DNA of 64,000 nucleotides, from NCBI GenBank assembly GCA_024236415.1, contig JACKKN010000008.1, positions 1-64,000 on the forward strand, in the 5' to 3' direction. Made by a program: the position numbers and the translations under genes. The DNA is from Hyphomicrobiales bacterium (GTDB taxonomy: Bacteria; Pseudomonadota; Alphaproteobacteria; Rhodospirillales; JACKKN01). Every line of letters starts with the position of its first letter. Within the stretch, counting starts at the first letter, position 1. The notes under the pieces were generated by a model. That model had not been told where the DNA came from. It was given only the letters and a program-made list of their open reading frames with translations, and did not search any database. This document shows, in pieces, positions 46,040 through 54,728 of the stretch.

Positions 46040-46405
46040 TTACCCCTTTTCTGCCGGACCCTTGCCGTCCCCGTCGGGTGTTTGGTCCCCGATCAGGCGC
46101 GGCGCCGTCCCCATTCGGTTTGCCGCCCGGTAGACGTTCAGGATCCCGGCCCCAGCACCCAGGAAGAAGAACACCACCAGAAACCAGGGCGCCGTATCCA
46201 GCCATCCATCCAGGACCAGCCCGAACCCCACGCCCACCAGCAACGCAGCCACCAGCTCGGTCCCGATGCGGAACGCCATGCCGAAGCCGGACATGGATGC
46301 CCCTCCGCGGGGGCCGTCCGGTTCGTGCTGGTGCTGCTCGGCTTTCGCCTTGCGCAGCCGGGCGTCAAGCTCGTCCAGGGACAGGGGGGGTTTTTCGTCG
46401 CTCAT
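46040..46405 (-). CDS. atpI: ATP synthase protein I-like (AtpI/AtpZ) small membrane protein
   Basis: Two TM helices. First gene of the F0 operon. Confidence 0.7.
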   Translation of the reverse strand: MSDEKPPLSLDELDARLRKAKAEQHQHEPDGPRGGASMSGFGMAFRIGTELVAALLVGVGFGLVLDGWLDTAPWFLVVFFFLGAGAGILNVYRAANRMGTAPRLIGDQTPDGDGKGPAEKG

Positions 46406-46625
46406 ACCGGTCGACCGAACCCCCCGTGACTGGACGGCGCGCCATATGTGCGACGCAACATAGAAGCCGCACCCGACCCTGTCAAGACCGAAAAGCGGCT
46501 TGTTAATGCATTGAAATCAAGGAAAAAATTTTACAATCCGCGGGGCCCGCCGAGGGCCTATTCCGGATTGGCGGAAATGGGCCCCGTTCGCGGCCAAAAA
46601 CGGCAAAAAACCATGCTGCACCGCA

Positions 46626-49600
46626 TCATACGGCCTCGCGCATCTGGGCCGCCCGCTGCAGGTCGACGGAGACCAGTTGCGACACCCCGCGCTCGGCCAT
46701 GGTGACGCCGAACAGGCGGTCCATGCGGGCCATGGTCATGCGGTGGTGGGTGATGACCACGAACCGGGTGCGGCCCGACGCGGCCATTTCGTCCAGCAGC
46801 GTGCAGACGCGGTCCACGTTGGCGTCGTCCAGGGGCGCGTCCACCTCGTCCAGCACGCAGATGGGGGCCGGATTGGTCAGGAACACGGCAAACAGCAGCG
46901 ACAGGGCGGTCAGGGCCTGCTCGCCGCCCGACAGCAGGGACAGCACCTGCAACCGCTTGCCCGGCGGGCTGGCCATGATCTCCAGGCCGGCCTCCAGGGG
47001 GTCGTCGGATTCGATCAGGGTCAGGTGGGCGCGGCCGCCGCCGAACAGACGCACGAACAGCCCCTGGAAGTGCTTGTCCACCTGGTGGTAGGACTCCAGC
47101 AGGCGCTGGCGCCCCTCGCGGTTCAGCTCGGCGATGCCGCGGCGCAGCTTCTCGATGGCCTGCAACAGGTCGTTGCGCTCCAGCTCCAGGGTGTCGATCT
47201 GCTCGCGCTGCTCGGCGGCCTCCTGCTCGGCGCGCAGGTTGACCGGGCCCATGTTCTCGCGCTCGCGCTGCAGGCGTTCCAGCTTGCGCTCCACGTCGGC
47301 CATGTCGGGCAGATCCTCGTCATCGCCCAGGCCGGCGATCTCGCGGGTGTCCTCGGGGCGGCAGTCCAGGCGCTCGGCGATGCGCTCGGTCAGGGCGGCG
47401 GCGGCCTGGCGGTCCTGCTCCACGTGGCCTTCCAGGCGGACCATGTTCTCGCGCGCCTTGGCCATGTCGGCCTCGGCGGTGCGCAGGGCGGACTCGGCCT
47501 CGCCGACCCCGTTCTCGGCCTCGGCCAGGCGGTCGCCGGCCTGGCGCCGGGCGGCCTCGGACTCCTCCAGCTGCTCCATCAGGGCGCGGCGCTGCTCGGC
47601 GATCTCGGCCGGGCGGGCGGCCAGGCGCTCCAGCTCGGCCTCGATCTCGGCCCGCCGCGCCCGCAGCTCGGCGGCGCGCCGGTCGGCGCCGGCGTTGCGC
47701 TGGCGCCAGGAGTCCAGCTCCTGGGCGATGGCCTGCTGGCGCCGGGCACGCTCGCCGGCCTGGCGCAGCAGGTTGGCGTGGGTGCTCTGGCGCTCCACCA
47801 GGATGGCGCGCAGGCGCGCCAGCTCCTCGCGCTCGGCGGCGATGCGATCGCGCGCCACCTGGGGGTCGGGCATGGCGGCCAGGGCCTGGCGGGTCTCGTC
47901 CAGGCGCCCGGCGGTCTCGGCCAGGTCCGACACCACGGCGTCGCGGGATTCGGTCAGGGATTGCAGCCGCGCCGCCTGGGCCGTGGCCCGGTGCTGCAAC
48001 TCGGCCAGGGCGTCGCGGGCGCGCCCAGGGCGGTGTCGGCGGCCTGCACCGCGTCGCGCGCCGCGCGGGCGTCCTGCTGCGCCGGCCGCGGCCTGGCGCG
48101 CCGATTCCAGGCCGGCGGCGGCGTCCTCGGCGGCGGCGCGCACGGCGCCCAGGCGGCCGCGGGTCTCGGCCAGGCGGTTGCGCTGTTCCAGCCGCGCCGC
48201 GGCGGCGGCGGCGGTGTCGCTGCCGGCGGCGGCGGTGAAGCCGTCCCACCGCCACAGGCCGCCGTCGCGGCTGACCAGGCGCTGGCCCTGAAAAAGGTGG
48301 TCGGCCAGGCGGTCGCCGGCGGCGGCGTCCTCGACCACGCCGACCTGGGACAGGCGCCGTTGCAGGGCCTTGGGCGCGCGCACCACCTGGTCCAGCGGGC
48401 GGGCGCCCTCGGGCAGGGGCGGCGGCGCGGCGAAGGCGCCCAGGGTGCGCCAGCGCAGGGGCGCCGGCTGGTCCACGGGGGCCGACAGGTCCTCGCCCAG
48501 GGCGGCGCCCAGGGCGGCCTCGAACCCGGGCTCGACGGTGACGGAATCGATCAGGGCCGGCCATTCGCCGCCCTCGCCCTCGCCGCCGGCAGCAGCGCTG
48601 GCCAGGATGCCGGCCAGGGCCTGCTCCTCGGCCTCCAGGCGGGCGCGGGCGCCGTCGGCCTCCTGGTGGGCGGCCAGGGCGGCGGCCACCGCCTCGTCGG
48701 CGTGGTCGCGGGCGGTCTCGGCGGCGGCGGCGTCGGCGCGGGCGGCCTCCAGGGCGACCCGGGTATCCTCCTGGGCCTGGCCGGCGCGCGCCAGTTCGTC
48801 GGGGTCCACGCCCTCGGCGGCCAGGGCCTCGAGCTGCGCCGCCACCTCGGCGGCGCGGGCGGCCAGGCGGCCGTGGCGCTGCTCCAGTTCGCCGCCGGCG
48901 CGGTTCAGGCTGGCGCGGCGCGCCTCCTCGGCGGCGGCGGCGTCGGACAGCTCGGCGACCCGGCCCTCCAGGGCGTCCACGTCGGCCTGGGCGGCGGCCA
49001 GTCCGGCGCCGGCCTCGGCCTGGCGCGCGTCCTCGCCCTCGCGGTCGCGGGCGATGGCGGCGTCCTCGTCCTGCAGGCGGGCCATGGCGGCGGCGGCGTC
49101 GGCGGCCAGGGCGGTCTCGCGCTCGATGTCCACGGCGGCCTGGTTCAGGCGGTTGCGGCCGTCCTGCTGGGCCGCCTCCAGGCGGCGCTCGTCCTCGTCC
49201 AGGCGCTCGCGGGCCAGGACCAGGCGCTGCAGCCGGGCGGCGGCCTCGGCCTCGTGCTGGCGCAGGGACGGCAGCAGGGCGGCGCCCTCGGCGTGGCGGG
49301 TCGAGACCGCGGCCACCAGGGCCGTCAGTTCGATGACCTGGGCCTCGGCGGCGCGCAGGGTCTCCTGGTGGACCTCGGCCTGGCCGCGGGCCAGTTCCCA
49401 GCGCAGGTGGAAATAGGTGGCCTCGGCCTTGCGGATGTGTTCGCTGAGGTTGCGGTACCGCGACGCCTGGCGCGCCTGCTTCTTCAGCGCCGCGAGCTGT
49501 GCCTCCAGGGTGATCAGCACGTCGTCCAGGCGTTCCATGTTGGATTCGGCGGCGCGCAGGCGCAGCTCGGCCTCGTGGCGGCGCGAGTGCAGGCCGGTGA

Positions 49601-50111
49601 TGCCGGCGGCCTCCTCCAGCAGCATGCGCCGGTCCTTGGGCTTGGCGGCGATGACGGCGCCGATGCGGCCCTGGCTGACGATGGCGGTGGAGCGTGCGCC
49701 GGTGGCCGAATCGGCGAACAGCAACTGCACGTCCCGCGCCCGCACGTCCTTGCCGTTGACCCGGTACAGCGAGCCCTTCTCGCGCTCGATCTTGCGGCTG
49801 ATCTCAAGCTCGTCGAAGTCGTTGAACACCGCCGGGGCGCTGCGCTCGCGGTTGTCCAGGTGCAGGGTCACCTCGGCGATGTTGCGCGACGGGCGGCTGG
49901 CGGTGCCGCCGAAGATGACGTCGTCCATCTCGGTGCCGCGCATCTGCTTGGCCGAGGTCTCGCCCATGACCCAGCGCAGGGCCTCGACCAGGTTGGACTT
50001 GCCGCAGCCGTTGGGGCCGACCACCCCGGTCAGGCCCTTGTCGATGAGCAGTTCCGTCGAATCGACGAAGGATTTGAAGCCCGAGAGGCGGAGTCTGTCG
50101 AATCGTAGCAA
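46626..50111 (-). CDS. smc: Chromosome segregation protein SMC
   Basis: N-terminal Walker A (GPNGCGKSN), long coiled coils with a central hinge, C-terminal signature LSGGE and Walker B (VLDEVDAPLD). 1161 aa. Confidence 0.9.
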   Translation of the reverse strand: MLRFDRLRLSGFKSFVDSTELLIDKGLTGVVGPNGCGKSNLVEALRWVMGETSAKQMRGTEMDDVIFGGTASRPSRNIAEVTLHLDNRERSAPAVFNDFDELEISRKIEREKGSLYRVNGKDVRARDVQLLFADSATGARSTAIVSQGRIGAVIAAKPKDRRMLLEEAAGITGLHSRRHEAELRLRAAESNMERLDDVLITLEAQLAALKKQARQASRYRNLSEHIRKAEATYFHLRWELARGQAEVHQETLRAAEAQVIELTALVAAVSTRHAEGAALLPSLRQHEAEAAARLQRLVLARERLDEDERRLEAAQQDGRNRLNQAAVDIERETALAADAAAAMARLQDEDAAIARDREGEDARQAEAGAGLAAAQADVDALEGRVAELSDAAAAEEARRASLNRAGGELEQRHGRLAARAAEVAAQLEALAAEGVDPDELARAGQAQEDTRVALEAARADAAAAETARDHADEAVAAALAAHQEADGARARLEAEEQALAGILASAAAGGEGEGGEWPALIDSVTVEPGFEAALGAALGEDLSAPVDQPAPLRWRTLGAFAAPPPLPEGARPLDQVVRAPKALQRRLSQVGVVEDAAAGDRLADHLFQGQRLVSRDGGLWRWDGFTAAAGSDTAAAAAARLEQRNRLAETRGRLGAVRAAAEDAAAGLESARQAAAGAAGRPRGARRGAGRRHRPGRARDALAELQHRATAQAARLQSLTESRDAVVSDLAETAGRLDETRQALAAMPDPQVARDRIAAEREELARLRAILVERQSTHANLLRQAGERARRQQAIAQELDSWRQRNAGADRRAAELRARRAEIEAELERLAARPAEIAEQRRALMEQLEESEAARRQAGDRLAEAENGVGEAESALRTAEADMAKARENMVRLEGHVEQDRQAAAALTERIAERLDCRPEDTREIAGLGDDEDLPDMADVERKLERLQRERENMGPVNLRAEQEAAEQREQIDTLELERNDLLQAIEKLRRGIAELNREGRQRLLESYHQVDKHFQGLFVRLFGGGRAHLTLIESDDPLEAGLEIMASPPGKRLQVLSLLSGGEQALTALSLLFAVFLTNPAPICVLDEVDAPLDDANVDRVCTLLDEMAASGRTRFVVITHHRMTMARMDRLFGVTMAERGVSQLVSVDLQRAAQMREAV

Positions 50112-50171
50112 AGCCGTGTACCGTCCCAGTCGTTGCCGTTGTCGTTGTCGTTTCTTGTTGTTGCCCGCGCC

Positions 50172-50930
50172 CTACTTGGCGTCGGCCAGGGCCTTGTCGA
50201 TCACCGAGCGGAAGTCCTCCAGGGCCATGTTGCCCTCGATGACCTGATCGCCGATGACGAACGACGGCGTCGCCTTGATTTTGTACTTGTTCTGAGCTTC
50301 CTGGGCCTTGGCCAGGATCGCCTTCTGCAGGTTTTCGTTGTCCAGGCAGGCCTCGAAGTTCTGCGAGGACATGCCGGCAAGACGGGCGAGCTTCTCCAGG
50401 TCTTCCCTGGGCGTTTCGGTGAAGGCCCAATTCTTCTGCTGGCGGAACAGTACGTCCAGAAAAGTGAAGAATTTCTTATCCGTGTCGCTGATGCAGTGGT
50501 TGATCATGGACCCGGCCAGGGCCAGGCCGCCCAGGGGGAAGTCGTTGAAAACGAACCGAACCTTGCCGGTGTCGATGTAGTCCGTCTTCAGCGTCGGCAG
50601 GACGTCGCGGTGGAACGCGGCGCAGTGGCTGCAGCTCATGGAGGCCCATTCGTTGATGGTCACCGGCGCGCCCGGGTCGCCCAGGGCAAAGGTCCTCAAC
50701 TCGCCCGACGCCGGCGGCAGGCTGGCCACCTGGGGCGCCTCCTTGGGCGCCTCGGCCGCTGGCGCCGGGGCCGGAGCAGGTGCCGGGGCAGGAGCAGGCG
50801 CCGGCGCGGCGGCTGGCGCGGGCGCGGGGGCCTGCCCCGCCTGCTCGGCGGGCTTGTCGCCCTGGAAGAAGACGAAAAACGCGACCACGGCGGCGACGAT
50901 GATGGCGGCGAGCACGGATACGACCTTCAT
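50172..50930 (-). CDS. Membrane-anchored DsbA-family thiol:disulfide oxidoreductase with (AP)n linker
   Basis: N-terminal TM anchor, (AP)9-like repeat, thioredoxin fold with CSHC active site. Confidence 0.8.
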   Translation of the reverse strand: MKVVSVLAAIIVAAVVAFFVFFQGDKPAEQAGQAPAPAPAAAPAPAPAPAPAPAPAPAAEAPKEAPQVASLPPASGELRTFALGDPGAPVTINEWASMSCSHCAAFHRDVLPTLKTDYIDTGKVRFVFNDFPLGGLALAGSMINHCISDTDKKFFTFLDVLFRQQKNWAFTETPREDLEKLARLAGMSSQNFEACLDNENLQKAILAKAQEAQNKYKIKATPSFVIGDQVIEGNMALEDFRSVIDKALADAK

Positions 50931-51110
50931 GTTCAAGACCAATCTCCGGGGTCAGCGGCGGTGGAAACCGGGCATGTTTCGGGCAAGCTCCATACCATGG
51001 GGTCCAGGCCGGTCCTACTACAAAGTGCGTGATCCTGCCGCACCGTGCCACAAGATGTAGTGACTATAACTTTCACACAAACGGGCGACAAGCGCGGGCG
51101 GCGCAATTCC

Positions 51111-51119
51111 TGTGGATAA
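51111..51119 (-). promoter_or_regulatory. Perfect consensus DnaA box (TTATCCACA on the minus strand)
   Basis: tgtggataa seen directly, ~180 nt upstream of the dsbA start and just 3' of the DUF721 gene. Confidence 0.5.
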
Positions 51120-51151
51120 GTCATTGGCATGAACGGCGGAACTCCGGCCGT

Positions 51152-51685
51152 TCACGGGCGGTCCGGCGCCGGGCCGCGGGCGCGCAGGGAGCGGCCCAGC
51201 CGCTCCAGCGCCGCGCGCAGTTCGGGGTCGGCGACCTGGTCCAGCTCCGCCGCCAGGGCCCGCTCCTCGCCGGCCTCCAGGGCGCGCGGCGGCGCCGGCG
51301 GCTCGGGGCGGCGGGGCAGGGGGCCCTGGATCAGGGTCACCCGTTCGACGGCGCGGTAGCCGAAATAGCCGTTCACCCGCTCCACCAGTTGCGGTTCCAG
51401 GTGCTGCAGCTCCAGGGCGATGGCGCCGGAATCCACCCGCAGGTGCAGGGTCCCGCCCTCGCCCGACCGCGGCGAGTAGGCGATCCGCTCGGGCAGGCAG
51501 TGACGGGCGATGACGGGGCCGACGATGCGCTCCCACTCGGTGGCCACGGCGCCCTCGGCCAGGCCGCGCTTGCGGAACAGGGGGCGGGTCACCGGGTCCA
51601 CGGCCTCGGCCAGGGCGCGCACCTTGCCGCGGCGCGGCGGCGGCGCGGGCTTGCGTGGGGCGGGTGGGCGGCCGGTGTCGGTCAT
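51152..51685 (-). CDS. DUF721 domain protein (DciA-like)
   Basis: DUF721 core (LVERVNGYFGYRAVERV). Conserved alphaproteobacterial position between mutY and dsbA-smc. Start taken as MTDTGRPP (51685). Confidence 0.6.
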   Translation of the reverse strand: MTDTGRPPAPRKPAPPPRRGKVRALAEAVDPVTRPLFRKRGLAEGAVATEWERIVGPVIARHCLPERIAYSPRSGEGGTLHLRVDSGAIALELQHLEPQLVERVNGYFGYRAVERVTLIQGPLPRRPEPPAPPRALEAGEERALAAELDQVADPELRAALERLGRSLRARGPAPDRP

Positions 51686-51782
51686 GGGTCCGATCCTGCG
51701 TTGCGGGGGCGGCCGATCATGGTACGGTCGGCGCCCGGGAAGGACAACCACGGCCATGGGACACCGGAACATGGGCGGCAGT

Positions 51783-52847
51783 ATGACGAAAGCGGCGCCG
51801 GCGCCATCACGATTGCGCGAGCGTCTGCTGCGCTGGTACGACGCCCGCGGCCGCGACCTGCCCTGGCGCCGCCGCGACGGCGTGCCGCCGGCCCCCTACG
51901 GCGTCTGGCTGTCCGAGATCATGCTGCAGCAGACCACCGTCGCCACCGTGCGCGGCTACTACGGCCGGTTCCTGGACCGCTGGCCCGCGGTCGGCGACCT
52001 GGCGGCGGCGCCCCTGGACGACGTGCTGCACGCCTGGCAGGGCCTGGGCTACTACGCCCGGGCGCGCAACCTGCACAGGTGCGCCCGGGTGGTGGCCACG
52101 GACCACGGCGGCCGCTTCCCCGACACCGAGCACGGCCTGCGCGCCCTGCCGGGGGTCGGCCCCTACACCGCGGCGGCCATCGCCGCCATCGCCTTCGCCC
52201 GCCCGGCGGCGCCGGTGGACGGCAACATCGCCCGGGTGGTCACCCGTCTGCGTGCCCTGGACACGCCCTGGCCCAAGGTGCGCGAAACGGTGGAAGGCGA
52301 GGTGCGAGCCCTGGTGGGGACCCGCCGCCCCGGCGACTTCGTGCAGGCCATGATGGACCTGGGGGCCACCGTCTGCACGCCGCGCGACCCGGACTGCGGC
52401 GCCTGCCCCTGGGCCGGCGCCTGCGCCGCGCGGGCGGCGGGGCGGGCGGCGGACTTCCCGGTCAAGGCGCCGCGCCGGGCCAAGCCCGTGCGCCGGGGGG
52501 TGGCGTTCTGGATCACCGACCCCACCGGCGCCGTGCTGTTGCGCCGGCGGCCCGAGCGGGGCCTGCTGGGCGGCATGATGGAGGTGCCGTCCACGGACTG
52601 GGCCGAGCAGGGTGTGGCGCCCGAGGACGCGCCGGCCCAGGCCCCCGCGGGCGGCGGCTGGACGGCCCTGCCGGGGCTGGTGCGCCACACCTTCACCCAC
52701 TTCCACCTGGAGCTGTCGGTGCTGGCCGGGCGGGCGGCGGGGCGCGAGGCGGTCGACGGGGTCTGGTGCCCGGTCGGCGACCTGGGCGCCCACGCCCTGC
52801 CGACGGTCATGCGCAAGGTCTGCGACCACGCCCTGCGGTTCGGCTGA
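51783..52847 (+). CDS. mutY: A/G-specific adenine DNA glycosylase
   Basis: HhH-GPD domain (LPGVGPYTAAAIAAIAF). 4Fe-4S cluster loop CX6CX2CX5C (CTPRDPDCGACPWAGAC). C-terminal NUDIX-like domain. Confidence 0.9.
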   Translation: MTKAAPAPSRLRERLLRWYDARGRDLPWRRRDGVPPAPYGVWLSEIMLQQTTVATVRGYYGRFLDRWPAVGDLAAAPLDDVLHAWQGLGYYARARNLHRCARVVATDHGGRFPDTEHGLRALPGVGPYTAAAIAAIAFARPAAPVDGNIARVVTRLRALDTPWPKVRETVEGEVRALVGTRRPGDFVQAMMDLGATVCTPRDPDCGACPWAGACAARAAGRAADFPVKAPRRAKPVRRGVAFWITDPTGAVLLRRRPERGLLGGMMEVPSTDWAEQGVAPEDAPAQAPAGGGWTALPGLVRHTFTHFHLELSVLAGRAAGREAVDGVWCPVGDLGAHALPTVMRKVCDHALRFG

Positions 52848-52972
52848 GGCGCCGGTCTGGCGTTGCCGGCGCCGGGCTGGGATAGTGGGGGGCGGCCGAG
52901 GGGTTCGGAGGGGTGCCTTCCGGGCCGGGTCGCAAAGTCTGCTGGGACGTGTCGGAACAGGCGAGGTGATCG

Positions 52973-53836
52973 ATGAACAACGTGACTGAGTCGGTGGAAA
53001 ACGTGTCGGCGTGGAGCGCGGCCCTGATCGCCGAGCTGACGGACCTTTTCAAGCAGGTCATCGATTATCTGCCGCAACTGCTGGGCGGGATCGTCCTGAT
53101 CCTGCTGGGCCTGGTGGTGGCGCGGCTGCTGCGGTCCTTCGCCGTCCGCTTCATCGGCGGCTGGGGGCGGCTGATCCAGCGCTTCACCCTGGGCGGCAAG
53201 GCGGGCGACGCGGAGAAGGCCCGCCAGTCCTACGCCCGCTGGGTCGGCGGCGGCGTCTACTGGCTGACCATCCTGCTGTTCCTCCTGGCCGCCGCCAACA
53301 CCCTGGACCTGCAGATGGTGACGGCCGGGTTGCAGCGGATCATCGCCTACGTCCCCAACATCGTCGTCGCCGCCCTGATCATGGCCGTGGGCGTGGCCCT
53401 GGGCAACACGGCGCGCGAGACCGTCGCCGCCGCCCTGAAGACCGGATCGGCGCAGCAGCAGGCGCTGTTGCCGGGCGCCGCCAAGGTCCTGGTCGTGGTC
53501 ACCACCGGGGTCATCGCCGTCGGCCAGATCGGCATCGATTCGACGGTCCTGGTAACGGTGCTGACGGCCACCGTGGCGGCGGTGCTGGGCGCCGGCGCCC
53601 TGGCCTTCGGCCTGGGCGCGCGGACCCTGGTCAGCAACCTGATCGGGGCCCAGGACATGCGCCGGGCCTGCACCACCGGCCAGGTGGTGCGCATCGCCTC
53701 GGTCGAGGGGCGGGTGGTGCAATGCGGACAGACCTTCGCCGTCCTCGAGACCGCCGCGGGGCGGGTCACGGTCCCGGCGCGCTTGTTCTCCGAGGAGCCC
53801 AGCGTCCTGGTCGAGGAGGGCGAGACCCATGGCTGA
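52973..53836 (+). CDS. Small mechanosensitive-channel-like membrane protein (MscS family conserved TM region)
   Basis: Three or more TM helices plus a C-terminal beta domain (VVRIASVEGRVVQCGQTFAVLE). Confidence 0.55.
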   Translation: MNNVTESVENVSAWSAALIAELTDLFKQVIDYLPQLLGGIVLILLGLVVARLLRSFAVRFIGGWGRLIQRFTLGGKAGDAEKARQSYARWVGGGVYWLTILLFLLAAANTLDLQMVTAGLQRIIAYVPNIVVAALIMAVGVALGNTARETVAAALKTGSAQQQALLPGAAKVLVVVTTGVIAVGQIGIDSTVLVTVLTATVAAVLGAGALAFGLGARTLVSNLIGAQDMRRACTTGQVVRIASVEGRVVQCGQTFAVLETAAGRVTVPARLFSEEPSVLVEEGETHG

Positions 53837-54728
53837 CGTCATCGACCTGGCCCTGGAATTCGTCCGCCAGCGGCCGCGCGACGCGGCCCGGGTGCTGGAA
53901 GACCAGCCGCCGGACATGGTGGTCGACTTCCTGACCCGCATCCCCATGGCCACCGCCGGCGGCCTGCTGTCGGCCATGGCGCCGCGCAGCGCCGCCGCGA
54001 TCGTCCGCCACCTGGACCCCGAAACGGCGGCGGCGGTCCTGCGCACCCTGGCGCCGGCGGTCGGCGCGTCCATGCTGCGCCACATGGCGCCGGACCTGCG
54101 CGACCCCGTCCTGGGCCGCCTGCCGACCAAGGTCGCCGTGGTCTGCCGCCTGCTGCTGCGGTTCTCGGAGGACACCGTGGGGGCCTGGATGGACCCCCGC
54201 GCCATCGCCATGCCCGACGACCTGACGGTGGCCGAGACCCTGGCCCGCATCCGCCGCGACGACGAGGCGGCCTCGCACCGGGTTCACGTGCTGGACCGCG
54301 CCATGCGCCTGCGCGGCAGCGTCGCCATGCTCGACCTGGTGCGGGCCGACGACGACCGCCCGCTGGTGGCGCTGATGCACCGGCGCCGCGACACGGTGTG
54401 GGGCCGGACCGCGCTGGAAACCGCCGCCACCCATGCCGTGTGGGAGGACGAGATGGAGCTCGCCGTGGCCGACAGCGACGCCCGCTTCATCGGCGTGCTG
54501 ACCTACGCCGGCCTGCGCCGCGGGCTGCGCCAGTCGGCCACCGTCCACGTCCGCTGGGACCTGGGCGAGGCCCTGACCGAGGTCTCGGGCGCCTTCGCCG
54601 CCGGCATGCAGGGCGGCCTGGAGGCCGCCGCGGCCCTGGTGGCGCCGGTCCTGGCGCCCCGTGAGGGTGCGCGCCGGGGGACGCATCGGGGGACGCATCG
54701 GGGGACATATCGGGGGACACGGCCATGA
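53829..54728 (+). CDS. Soluble MgtE N-terminal domain + CBS protein (no TM domain), paralogue of the downstream MgtE
   Basis: MgtE_N-like helical domain, then a CBS-like segment. C-terminus carries the tandem peptide GTHRGTHRGTYRGT, encoded by 12-nt DNA repeats at ~54670-54720. Overlaps both neighbours. Confidence 0.55.
   Translation: MADVIDLALEFVRQRPRDAARVLEDQPPDMVVDFLTRIPMATAGGLLSAMAPRSAAAIVRHLDPETAAAVLRTLAPAVGASMLRHMAPDLRDPVLGRLPTKVAVVCRLLLRFSEDTVGAWMDPRAIAMPDDLTVAETLARIRRDDEAASHRVHVLDRAMRLRGSVAMLDLVRADDDRPLVALMHRRRDTVWGRTALETAATHAVWEDEMELAVADSDARFIGVLTYAGLRRGLRQSATVHVRWDLGEALTEVSGAFAAGMQGGLEAAAALVAPVLAPREGARRGTHRGTHRGTYRGTRP

Noticed and set aside
46677-50108. 1143-aa + strand ORF mirroring smc
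   Set aside because: Antisense shadow ORF of smc. The SMC reading on the minus strand has Walker A/B and signature motifs.
50700-50850. Short tandem repeats considered as a possible CRISPR or repeat array, including the (AP)n, (GGGN)n and GTHR repeats
   Set aside because: All are in-frame coding low-complexity repeats of 6-12 nt inside genes. There are no spacer-repeat units of CRISPR size and no cas genes.
51061-51130. Replication origin
   Set aside because: Only one DnaA box, no cluster of boxes, no AT-rich DNA unwinding element, and no dnaA/dnaN nearby. Interpreted as a regulatory DnaA site instead.
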